Source: a virus
Taxonomy: Duplodnaviria; Caudoviricetes
Reading direction: 5' to 3' (one strand)
Virus record (IMG/VR): IMGVR_UViG_3300024265_000058
Location: 1 to 56,182 of that record
Length of the DNA stretch: 56,182 nt
The notes beneath the pieces were generated by a model that saw only the letters and a program-made list of their open reading frames with translations, was not told where the DNA came from and did no database searches. A program made the translations under genes and the position numbers. Below, piece by piece: positions 8,549 through 15,855 of this stretch. Each line of letters begins with the position of its first letter. Positions within the stretch are counted from its first letter, which is position 1.

Positions 8549-9483
8549 TGACGTTCTCCCGTGTCGATGTAGTTCTGACTGCAGGCTGAGTGCCCGCATT
8601 CAGGCCCGGACTGAGTGAATGGCTTGGCCTCTTTGACCTCGACCATGTAGCGGCTCTTGCCCTTGTCGCCATCGTTGCCGTCATTGTCGCATTGCGGGCA
8701 CCACACCGTATCGAGCGGGCCCTCGTCATTGATGACTGAGCAACCGTTTACCTCGACCCATGCACTGGTCTGGATATCCGTGCAGCCGCAGTCCGGGCAG
8801 GCCTGCAGCGGACCCTGGCCGGCCGATCCGTCGCTACCGGACTGGCGCAACCTGTACAGCAATGCGATCACTTCCAGCATTTCCTCGGTATCGAGTCGCA
8901 CCCTCACATCGCCCACAGAATTGAAGTCGATGCTGACCGTCTCGCCGGGGAGCTCGCGCATAAAAAAGCCCCTGTGACCGTTCGGCTTGTACTCGTTGCC
9001 AGTGGCCTCTGCGAGCCGCCTAAGCCCGCTCTGCGTCCGATCCTCGTAGGTCTGGGCCTCGGTAGCCCGCTCGGTCAACCGCTTATAGATGCGGTCATAC
9101 TCGGGAAACAGCCGCTCGATCTGCTTGGCGACCAGCCGCGTCTCGCGGTCATAGGCGGCCGTGCATTGCGGCAGTGCTTCCTTTGGATTCCACAGGTTGC
9201 TGATGTACTGGGTCTGCTTGTTGCCGCCCGCGTCGGTGTAGCTCGGCCAGCCGCAGGCCTTGAACTCGATGCGCTGCTTGCTGGCGGCCAGATAGGGGCC
9301 GGCGCTGAACTGCCTGCCGCTATCCTTCTCGCTGATTATGCGCCAGCACGGAAAGCCGTCGCCGTCATAGGCGTCGAGCTGCCAGTCACCGGGCAGGTCA
9401 TCCATGACAGCCTCTAAGATCGCGGCGAATTCATCGGCCCGCCGCTTGGCCTTTTGTTGGTACTCGTTGAGTCCTTCAATCAC
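8530..9483 (-). CDS. Hypothetical protein with C-terminal Cys-rich Zn-binding modules
   Basis: GTG 9483 follows SD GAGGAG; CPDC...WCPQC and CGHSAC...C motifs. Confidence 0.75.
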   Translation of the reverse strand: MIEGLNEYQQKAKRRADEFAAILEAVMDDLPGDWQLDAYDGDGFPCWRIISEKDSGRQFSAGPYLAASKQRIEFKACGWPSYTDAGGNKQTQYISNLWNPKEALPQCTAAYDRETRLVAKQIERLFPEYDRIYKRLTERATEAQTYEDRTQSGLRRLAEATGNEYKPNGHRGFFMRELPGETVSIDFNSVGDVRVRLDTEEMLEVIALLYRLRQSGSDGSAGQGPLQACPDCGCTDIQTSAWVEVNGCSVINDEGPLDTVWCPQCDNDGNDGDKGKSRYMVEVKEAKPFTQSGPECGHSACSQNYIDTGERQCISTS

Positions 9484-9490
9484 GATTTTT

Positions 9491-9548
9491 CTCCTCGTAG
9501 TGGGATGATTCCCGTGCAGCCGCCTCTCACCCGGCTGCCCGTGCGTCA
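9491..9548 (-). repeat. Structured intergenic element, copy A
   Basis: TGACGCACGG GCAGCCG G GTGAGAG G CGGCTGC ACGGGAATCA TCCC ACTACGAGGAG. Confidence 0.9.
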
Positions 9549-9722
9549 CCGTTTCGTGTAGATATTCAGGCCGATAATCGCGTCGGTGCCTTCGATTGCC
9601 TTGTTGCCTGAGCTGGTCGCGATGATGATGGTTTTGCCGCTCTTGCTCGGGCCGTGATCCTTGCTCAGGTCCACGGTTATCGTCAGCTTGTTGCCGTCCA
9701 CTTTCAGGGCTGCATTTTTCAT
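9546..9722 (-). CDS. Small basic beta-rich hypothetical protein
   Basis: MKNAALKVDGNKLTITVDL...GPSKSGKT..IATSSGN...GLNIY; SD GAGGAG. Confidence 0.8.
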   Translation of the reverse strand: MKNAALKVDGNKLTITVDLSKDHGPSKSGKTIIIATSSGNKAIEGTDAIIGLNIYTKR

Positions 9723-9729
9723 GGTCGTG

Positions 9730-9790
9730 CTCCTCGTAGTTGCGGGATGATTCCCGTGCAGCCCGCTCTGACCGGGCTGCCCGTGAGTCA
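9730..9790 (-). repeat. Structured intergenic element, copy B
   Basis: TGACTCACGG GCAGCCCG GTCAGAG CGGGCTGC ACGGGAATCA TCCC GCAACTACGAGGAG. Confidence 0.9.
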
Positions 9791-9898
9791 CCGCCGCCGC
9801 GGCTTGATGTAGTCCAGATATATCGCCAGCCCGAGCGGGACCAGCACTGAGACGGCCGTCAATCCGGCCAGTATGTAGGCGAGCATTGGGTCAATCAT
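9788..9898 (-). CDS. 36-aa single-pass membrane peptide (not in ORF track)
   Basis: MIDPMLAYILAGLTAVSVLVPLGLAIYLDYIKPRRR; SD GGAGGAG; ATGA overlap. Confidence 0.7.
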   Translation of the reverse strand: MIDPMLAYILAGLTAVSVLVPLGLAIYLDYIKPRRR

Positions 9899-10113
9899 GT
9901 GTCTCCTCCTCCGAATAGGTCGCCTGTGACCTGATCCATCTGGGCCCTGAATCGCCGGCGATCCTCGCCGCTGGCGACGGCCTCGGCGCTGACGCCGTCA
10001 CTGCTCAGCCACGCGGCCTCGCATTCAACGCACTGGTGCGCCGTAGTTCCCGGCATCGGGGGCCTGAGCTCCTGCTCGTAGGTGTCCGAGCTGCAGCATT
10101 CCGGGCAGTTCAT
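9895..10113 (-). CDS. Zinc-ribbon protein
   Basis: MNCPECCS...HQCVECEAAW; TGATG coupling. Confidence 0.7.
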   Translation of the reverse strand: MNCPECCSSDTYEQELRPPMPGTTAHQCVECEAAWLSSDGVSAEAVASGEDRRRFRAQMDQVTGDLFGGGDT

Positions 10114-10571
10114 CAGATGGCCCTCACTATGGTTGCCGGCTCGCAGTGCAGGATCGCCGCCACTTCCTTGGCGAATCCACACAGCTCATCGAAGTCACTA
10201 AAAGCCGAATCACAGACCTCGACAATTTCCTCGTCGGCGGCAAATTTCCCGCCGAAAACCGTGTGATAGTCCGAGCAGCATTCGAGGCTGAATCGCCACG
10301 GCAGTACCTCCTCGGGCGTACACCTGACCAGCCTGTAGATCATTCCATCCTCAAGCAGCTCGGCCCACTCGTTGACCAGCATCTCGGGCTTGGGCTCGAA
10401 TGCCTCAGTCTGTGACGGCAGGCCCAGGCTCTCGCGAATCCACGCCATTGCGGTGCAGATATCGTCCCAGTCATCCTCGATGATGTGCTGGCTGTCCTGA
10501 TGCGCATGCAGCGCGTCCCAGATGACCTCAAGCCAACTCTCGGTGTTGCCCTTGGTGACATCGACGCTCAT
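10113..10571 (-). CDS. Acidic hypothetical protein
   Basis: 152-aa ORF coupled at both ends; WDDICTAMAWIRE.LG motif. Confidence 0.7.
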   Translation of the reverse strand: MSVDVTKGNTESWLEVIWDALHAHQDSQHIIEDDWDDICTAMAWIRESLGLPSQTEAFEPKPEMLVNEWAELLEDGMIYRLVRCTPEEVLPWRFSLECCSDYHTVFGGKFAADEEIVEVCDSAFSDFDELCGFAKEVAAILHCEPATIVRAI

Positions 10572-10843
10572 GATTCCTCCCGGACGGCCTCTAAGCCTTT
10601 GCGGTTCAGGCTGCCGTCATCGTTGTAGGTGCGGGGGTCGGCTGCAGGGACATGCCAGCCAAACATCGAGCCGGCAAACATGGCCTCACGCTGCGGCACG
10701 GTGACGCCGATCTCCGCGTTAAGCGCGTCAACGTCCTGCATGCCGAGCGGCCTGTAGCCGGATTCTCCTCGGGTGATCTTGATGGCCTCGCCGGTGCTCG
10801 GCAGGCTTGCGATGCAATACTCCGGTAATGTGTTGCTTGTCAT
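10568..10843 (-). CDS. Hypothetical protein resembling a small mobile-element domain
   Basis: LPEYC...LPSTGE.I.I.RGESGY...N..IGVT..Q..AM.AGSMFGW.VPAADP; recalled family, unnamed; SD CTACGAGGAG. Confidence 0.75.
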   Translation of the reverse strand: MTSNTLPEYCIASLPSTGEAIKITRGESGYRPLGMQDVDALNAEIGVTVPQREAMFAGSMFGWHVPAADPRTYNDDGSLNRKGLEAVREES

Positions 10844-10860
10844 GATGGTGCTCCTCGTAG

Positions 10861-11676
10861 TTAAAACAGCTCACGCTGCTGATTGACCAGTCGCTCAGCA
10901 AGCGAGCCGGCCGCGAACATGGTGAAACCTGTACGCTCCTCCATGTCGATGTATTTCTGTAGTAATTCGGGGTTCTGGCGCGCTGCATTCCTGAGATCGC
11001 CGTCGCATCCCATGATGCAAAATTGACAGCTCAGGCGCTTGTTGCCGTCGCCATAGGCGTGGTGCTGTGTCATGCCCTTGGCGGCGACGTAGTCGAACAC
11101 GCGGCGCTCTTTCCAATCCTTGATAGGTAGCCAGTCCCAGACCTTGCGGCCCAGTGTCGGGGCTGTGAATCGGTCATTAAGTTTCAGCGCCGGCTTTTTG
11201 GCCCGGTTGTCGGACTCCTCGGCGCGCAGGCCCATGACATTGACCGCCTCGGTGATGCCGCGGCGTTTCATGTCGGCCTTGATGAATTTGTCGATGGGGC
11301 CCACTTTCAGGTCACTGGTGCAGGTCCGATATTTCGGGCTCGGCCAGCAGGGTTTATCCGGGTAGAGCTCATGCCGGCGCTCGACCATGCTTAGGAAATC
11401 CTTCGGGCTGCCGTCTTTGAATATGGCGCTGACCACTGTCAGCGGGTGCTCGATGTTGGCCTCGATGTGCTCGACAATGCCATCCCACTCGACCTCGCCC
11501 AGATTGGCGTGGACTACTGTGATCCGGTCAGCCGGCACCAGCTCGCAGACCGTGGCATAGGTGGCAAGCGAATCCTTGCCACCTGAATGACTCACGTAGA
11601 AGTGAGCGCCGTCGATCAGTCGCCCGAGCTCACCGGTCGCCCGGTTAGCTGGACCCTGGCCTTTGCTGGTTGTCAT
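10861..11676 (-). CDS. PAPS reductase-family (PP-loop, Cys-rich) protein
   Basis: SHSGGKDS, RTCTSDLK, GLRAEES..R, WLPI..W and RLSCQFCI motifs; start MTTSK with ATGA overlap. Confidence 0.9.
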   Translation of the reverse strand: MTTSKGQGPANRATGELGRLIDGAHFYVSHSGGKDSLATYATVCELVPADRITVVHANLGEVEWDGIVEHIEANIEHPLTVVSAIFKDGSPKDFLSMVERRHELYPDKPCWPSPKYRTCTSDLKVGPIDKFIKADMKRRGITEAVNVMGLRAEESDNRAKKPALKLNDRFTAPTLGRKVWDWLPIKDWKERRVFDYVAAKGMTQHHAYGDGNKRLSCQFCIMGCDGDLRNAARQNPELLQKYIDMEERTGFTMFAAGSLAERLVNQQRELF

Positions 11677-12365
11677 GCTGCGGCCTCCGGGAATGGGATG
11701 CGCACCGTGCTGCGCTGGCCCATACCGATCCAGTCGGTCATCTCGGCGGCACGGATCGCGGCCAGCCATTTGCGGGGCACCCGGTTGTAGCTGACGGCGG
11801 TGTAGGCGCCGACCATCTCGGTGCCGATAGTCCGCTGAATCCTGAGCGCGCTGCTCGGCACGGCCGGGTGACGGTACTGACCAGTGCGCCGGTTGTAGCC
11901 CCACTGGCTGGTAGTTCCCGGCATCTCGTACTCAAGGATAATCTCGTCGCCAAGTGTGGCCAGTACGCAACCCTCACGCTCGGCCTGATTGGCCCATACC
12001 TCGATGCTGTCATTGGCCTGCCAGAATGTATCGGGGCTGCCGTTCAGGCGCTCGAATATCCAAGCGATCAGGTCGGTGATGTAGAGATTGGAGATCGGCC
12101 CGCGATGCTGTTCCTCGTCGCCGTGCCTGTGGTCCGGTTTCTGGAACTCAATCAGCACGTTCCTGCCGATCTCCTCGCCGGGGAAAAGGGGCAGCCCGGT
12201 GCGCTTGTTGACCCGGACCTCGTCAATCTTGTACGGCCTGATGGCGACAATACCGTGCTCGGTCTGCAGGTGCTCGGTGTGGCCGGCGTCAAGGGCGCGG
12301 CTTATGTCCCGGTATTCGGCTCGCCTGTAGCTGCCGTCTTTCCGTTTCAGTGTGTCAATGCTCAT
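11673..12365 (-). CDS. Hypothetical protein
   Basis: 230-aa ORF with SD CTACGAGGT. Confidence 0.75.
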   Translation of the reverse strand: MSIDTLKRKDGSYRRAEYRDISRALDAGHTEHLQTEHGIVAIRPYKIDEVRVNKRTGLPLFPGEEIGRNVLIEFQKPDHRHGDEEQHRGPISNLYITDLIAWIFERLNGSPDTFWQANDSIEVWANQAEREGCVLATLGDEIILEYEMPGTTSQWGYNRRTGQYRHPAVPSSALRIQRTIGTEMVGAYTAVSYNRVPRKWLAAIRAAEMTDWIGMGQRSTVRIPFPEAAA

Positions 12366-12371
12366 AGTGTT

Positions 12372-12435
12372 ACCTCGTAGGTTGTGGGATGTGTCCCGTG
12401 CAGCCGCCTGTCACCCGGCTGCCCGTGAAACATCA
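12372..12435 (-). repeat. Structured intergenic element, copy C
   Basis: TGA TGTTTCACGG GCAGCCG G GTGACAG G CGGCTGC ACGGGACACA TCCC ACAACCTACGAGGT. Confidence 0.9.
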
Positions 12436-13380
12436 GAATAGTGCCAGTTGCGTTACCTCCCTGAGTGCTGCCGGCGGCGCCGTGATGGCGGCGCTGATGC
12501 CGCCCCAAGTGTCAGCCATCGCCTCGGCAATATTGTCGAATGTCTTGCTGCGCAGTTTCCAGCGATCAGGTCCGGGGCTCTTGTTGTCAGCGCCGCAGAG
12601 TGACTGATTCGCCCATCGATTCACCATCTTGCCGTTGTAGCGGACCCGGCGCGGCTTGATCCATTCGGACTCAGGCGGCACGGGTAGCAGCGGCAGATTC
12701 TCAAGCCACAGGCCGGTGTTCTTGCTGGCGTCGTGGCCAAATTGGTAGGGCTGCACGTACTGGCTGGCTGGCCGGATCGCGGTGCCGATCCTGCTCACCG
12801 GGTTCTCGATTGCCTGCCTCGGGATCGGTGCGGCCATCAGGTCCCTGACGAATTCGAGCGCCTCGTCAGAATTGTGCTGGCGCTCGGGATAGTTGGCGTC
12901 GTGTTTCGGCTGGCATCGCCACAGTTGACTGGCGGCGAGGTACTGACATGGCGGGTGGGCGATCATCAGGTCAAAGCCGTCGCCCAGAATGTCTCTCACA
13001 TCGCCCTGATAGTGCTGTCCCGGCGTCTCGGTCGGTAGCAGGTCGCAGGACATGGCCGAGTGACCGCGAGCCGTCAGCGCGTCCCTGACGGTGCCCGAGA
13101 ATTCACAGGCGACCAGTACGCGGCTGAGCATGTAGCCGGCTGCCTGTGCCCGCTCGATGGCCGTCACGATATCGCCGCCGTAGTTCTCAAGGTCGGCGCC
13201 GGGGCGCTGGCTGTGGACTGCCTGAGCGGCGAGCTCGCCGGTATCGAGGTAGTCGTCAGCGACGGCGTCACCGCGTCGGATATTGAGCATCTGGGAATCC
13301 GTCAGCTCGGCCCGGACGGCCGCGGAAAAGTCCGCGGCCAGCCGGGTAACGTCGAGCGCCGGCAGCTTGATAATGCTCAC
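12433..13380 (-). CDS. Phage DNA cytosine methyltransferase-like protein with ~85-aa N-terminal extra domain
   Basis: VLVACEFSG (motif I-like), SCDLLP, QGDV, DLMIAHPPC (motif IV), ENP (motif VI), QPYQFG...K.T.LWL..LP.L, RSKTF..IA.AMA..W. Confidence 0.85.
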   Translation of the reverse strand: MSIIKLPALDVTRLAADFSAAVRAELTDSQMLNIRRGDAVADDYLDTGELAAQAVHSQRPGADLENYGGDIVTAIERAQAAGYMLSRVLVACEFSGTVRDALTARGHSAMSCDLLPTETPGQHYQGDVRDILGDGFDLMIAHPPCQYLAASQLWRCQPKHDANYPERQHNSDEALEFVRDLMAAPIPRQAIENPVSRIGTAIRPASQYVQPYQFGHDASKNTGLWLENLPLLPVPPESEWIKPRRVRYNGKMVNRWANQSLCGADNKSPGPDRWKLRSKTFDNIAEAMADTWGGISAAITAPPAALREVTQLALF

Positions 13381-13793
13381 GCTCGGCCCTCCATACCCTT
13401 GACGGTCATGGCGACGATTTCCTCGCCGGCCACGGCGCTCTGCATGGCAGTCTTGAGAATGCCCTGATAGTTGGACAAGCAGCGGTAGCCGTAGCCGTCC
13501 ATCGTCTCAGCGCCGGGGCGCACATCTCGGTGCGCTGCGCTGCAGTTCATCAGCTTGGCCTCGATGCTGCCCTTGCTGCGGTCGGCCAGTTTGCCGGCGT
13601 AGTCGCTGGCGTCTCCGGTGTAATCCTCGTCGCCGGGTTTTGGTGTGCCCTGAGCGGCCCGGATCATGTGGGCCTTGTACTTGGCGCCCGGTGCTGTGGT
13701 GGCGATTTCGAGCATCTGGAAATAGAGCTCACAGATGGCTCGGTTCTCGTCGTCGGTCCACGGCCCGAGTGTTGCTTTCTTGGTTGTGGTCAT
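13377..13793 (-). CDS. Standalone domain resembling the N-terminus of HNH/DUF3883 restriction-type nucleases
   Basis: WTDDE...YFQML...RSKGSIEAKLMNCSA...GY..LSNYQ; SD GGAGG; no nuclease domain follows. Confidence 0.6.
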   Translation of the reverse strand: MTTTKKATLGPWTDDENRAICELYFQMLEIATTAPGAKYKAHMIRAAQGTPKPGDEDYTGDASDYAGKLADRSKGSIEAKLMNCSAAHRDVRPGAETMDGYGYRCLSNYQGILKTAMQSAVAGEEIVAMTVKGMEGRA

Positions 13794-13800
13794 GGGTTTG

Positions 13801-13860
13801 CCTCCATTGTTGTGGGATGATTCCCGTGCTGCCGTCTCTGACACGGCAGCCCGTGAGTCA
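13801..13860 (-). repeat. Structured intergenic element, copy D
   Basis: TGACTCACGG GCTGCCGT GTCAGAG ACGGCAGC ACGGGAATCA TCCC ACAACAATGGAGG. Confidence 0.9.
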
Positions 13861-14289
13861 CACCTCGAAACGGTCGTGGACCGGGATCGGTGAGGTGACT
13901 GGGAAACGGCTGTCACTGGTCGAGATGTAGTGACCGCCAAACATGCCGCCGCGCCGTGGCCTGCCGTCAGCGTCAACCGGTCGAGCGACCACATTGACAA
14001 TGCGGTGGCGATCCACGTAGCCCTGCGGATTGCGCAGCACTTCAAAGTCGCCCACTGGCCGGGTATCAATCCCGAGCTCTTTCAGCCATGCCGGCTTGGC
14101 AACGCTGAGCTGACCGGCCTGCAGTGCAGGCTCGAAATCGTACTCAAGGATAACCGCCGGGGCGTCGTCGCTCGGCTCGAATGGGCCGCGGATTCCGTCA
14201 CCGATCAGGGTGACATGGCGGCGCCCAGATGTGACGCCGTTGGCAGTGCAGTCCGTACCGTGGACTGAAACGTGTAGGCCATTAGTCAT
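13858..14289 (-). CDS. Hypothetical phage protein
   Basis: DCT.NGVTS...GPFEP...MFGG...TSDSRF...IPVHDRFE; SD CTACGAGGAG. Confidence 0.8.
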   Translation of the reverse strand: MTNGLHVSVHGTDCTANGVTSGRRHVTLIGDGIRGPFEPSDDAPAVILEYDFEPALQAGQLSVAKPAWLKELGIDTRPVGDFEVLRNPQGYVDRHRIVNVVARPVDADGRPRRGGMFGGHYISTSDSRFPVTSPIPVHDRFEV

Positions 14290-14419
14290 GGCTTTTCTCC
14301 TCGTAGTGCTGTGATCGGATCACAGCGGAATGGTGGCGGTAATATGCCGCCTGCTTGATGACCAGAATGACGGCCCAGAAAAGGCCGCCGGTCAAAGTGA
14401 TGTAGTCGAGTGCTGTCAT
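14282..14419 (-). CDS. 45-aa membrane peptide, first gene of the accessory operon (not in ORF track)
   Basis: MTALDYITLTGGLFWAVILVIKQAAYYRHH...; directly downstream of the promoter. Confidence 0.5.
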   Translation of the reverse strand: MTALDYITLTGGLFWAVILVIKQAAYYRHHSAVIRSQHYEEKSHD

Positions 14420-14454
14420 GGGTTTGCCGTCCAAGTTGTGTGAAATCGTCTCCG

Positions 14455-14483
14455 ACGATACCGGACCATTGGCCCGGTGTCAA
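14455..14483 (-). promoter_or_regulatory. Sigma70-like promoter with palindromic spacer
   Basis: TTGACA-ccgggccaatggtccgg(17)-TATCGT on the - strand, at the head of the leftward operon. Confidence 0.75.
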
Positions 14484-14539
14484 GCACAACAGGGACCGGG
14501 TAAGATGCAGCCTTCTGCAGGCAATGGATACAGCAGGCA

Positions 14540-15145
14540 ATGAGCGAACCTACCCAAGCGAACAGCGCCCCAAGTCTCCCAGTTTCCCGCCCTCGTCTCC
14601 GGGGCGCGCTGGTCAAGTTCAATGACACGGTAGCGGACCAGATATGTGGGCGCATGGCAGAGGGGGAGACACTGCGGCAGATATGCAGGGACGCAGCCAT
14701 GCCGGCAAGGTCAACGGTATACCGGTGGCTGAGCAGAAATCCTGACTTCGCGGACCAGTACGCGCTGGCGCGGGAGTGCCTCGTTGCTGCATGGGCCGAT
14801 GAAATCATTGACATTGCTGACGATGGGACTACCGACTATGTCGAGAAGGTAGGCCGCAACGGCACTGAGTACATGGCCGTGGATCAGGAGCACATTCAGC
14901 GCAGCCGGCTGCGTGTGGATACCCGGCGCTGGCTGCTGTCCAAGCTGAACCCCGGCCAGTACGGCGATCACATGGAGGTCGAGCACACCGGGGCAGTCGA
15001 TCACCGACACCATATAAGCGACACCGAGAAGGTACGGCGCTTGGCCCTGTTCCTGCTGCAGTCACCCGGCGGCAGCACTGTCATCGATGGCCACGCCGAG
15101 CCGATCCCTGCTGAACTGGAGCCCGACCAGCCTGACGATGAGTGA
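14540..15145 (+). CDS. Terminase small subunit (Sf6 gp1-like)
   Basis: ICGRMAEGETLRQIC...MP..STVYRWL...Y..ARE...DEIIDIADD...RSRLRVDTRRW.LSKL.P..YGD. Confidence 0.9.
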   Translation: MSEPTQANSAPSLPVSRPRLRGALVKFNDTVADQICGRMAEGETLRQICRDAAMPARSTVYRWLSRNPDFADQYALARECLVAAWADEIIDIADDGTTDYVEKVGRNGTEYMAVDQEHIQRSRLRVDTRRWLLSKLNPGQYGDHMEVEHTGAVDHRHHISDTEKVRRLALFLLQSPGGSTVIDGHAEPIPAELEPDQPDDE

Positions 15146-15268
15146 TGGCGAGCATTTGAGAGAATGCCTGCGCCCTGTGTGGCCGACCCCCCCCGGACCC
15201 CTGTGGCTGCAGCGCTGAGCCTGGAGAGGGCGACCTGCTCCAGTTTTTCCAGAATTTCCACGCGCTAT

Positions 15269-15300
15269 TGTTAGTGTTTACAGCCCATGTTAGTGTTTAC
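15269..15300. repeat. 13-bp direct repeat TGTTAGTGTTTAC x2
   Basis: Copies at 15269-15281 and 15288-15300, just before ATG 15303. Confidence 0.8.
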
Positions 15301-15302
15301 GG

Positions 15303-15572
15303 ATGGATGCCCCGAAGTGTCAGAAAATACCCGGATGTGGCAGGCGTCACTACGGGGATTGCGCGGAAAGCGGCAACGCGGCGAAAACGGAAAGAGTGCC
15401 CGCCAAGTCGGAGGATGCCCCACGGGTCATGCGGCCCGCGGCTCAGTTGCCTTTGCAGGATCGGGTTGTGGCGCTGGAGCAGATCGTGGATGAGCTGCTG
15501 GCGGGAAAGCGCAAGCGCTCGGAGTACATGAAGGCTTACATGCGAGATCGGAGGGCCCGAGATGCGGGTTAG
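15303..15572 (+). CDS. Hypothetical protein with basic C-terminal helix
   Basis: C..C...H...C N-terminus; KRKRSEYMKAYMRDRRAR C-terminus. Confidence 0.6.
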   Translation: MDAPKCQKIPGCGRRHYGDCAESGNAAKTERVPAKSEDAPRVMRPAAQLPLQDRVVALEQIVDELLAGKRKRSEYMKAYMRDRRARDAG

Positions 15573-15855
15573 CAGGAGAGAATTTATAGCGGCGATGGCG
15601 GCTGGCATGGTTATGACGGCCGAGGGCTTGTGGATGCCCGGTCAGAAATTGATTTCGATTCCGAGCAGAAAAATATTTTTGCCGGCTGGCAAGCTGGCCT
15701 GGATGGAGGATGGTGTCATGTATATGTACACCGGCGGCTTGCGCGGCGGCAAAACTGAGCCGACCTTGATCCCGAAATATTTCGATGTGCATGTTCGCGG
15801 TGCCGAGATCGTGCGTGACAAGTTGCAGCGCGCCTCCGGGGTCATGGCGCAGTGA
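15562..15855 (+). CDS. Hypothetical protein with twin-arginine-like leader
   Basis: MRVSRREFIAAMAAG; overlaps the upstream stop. Confidence 0.6.
   Translation: MRVSRREFIAAMAAGMVMTAEGLWMPGQKLISIPSRKIFLPAGKLAWMEDGVMYMYTGGLRGGKTEPTLIPKYFDVHVRGAEIVRDKLQRASGVMAQ

Noticed and set aside
8530-9791. Two ORFs with the same N-terminus MTHGQPG in the ORF track
   Set aside because: Artefact of translating through junction-element copies A and B; SD-supported starts are 9483 and 9722.
9491-13860. CRISPR array or integron attC array
   Set aside because: Spacing is gene-sized and irregular, there are no cas or integron-integrase genes, and I saw no RYYYAAC/GTTRRRY boxes.
10861-14069. Long ORF-track versions 10861-11904 and 13377-14069
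   Set aside because: The extensions overlap neighbouring genes in other frames; better starts are 11676 and 13793.
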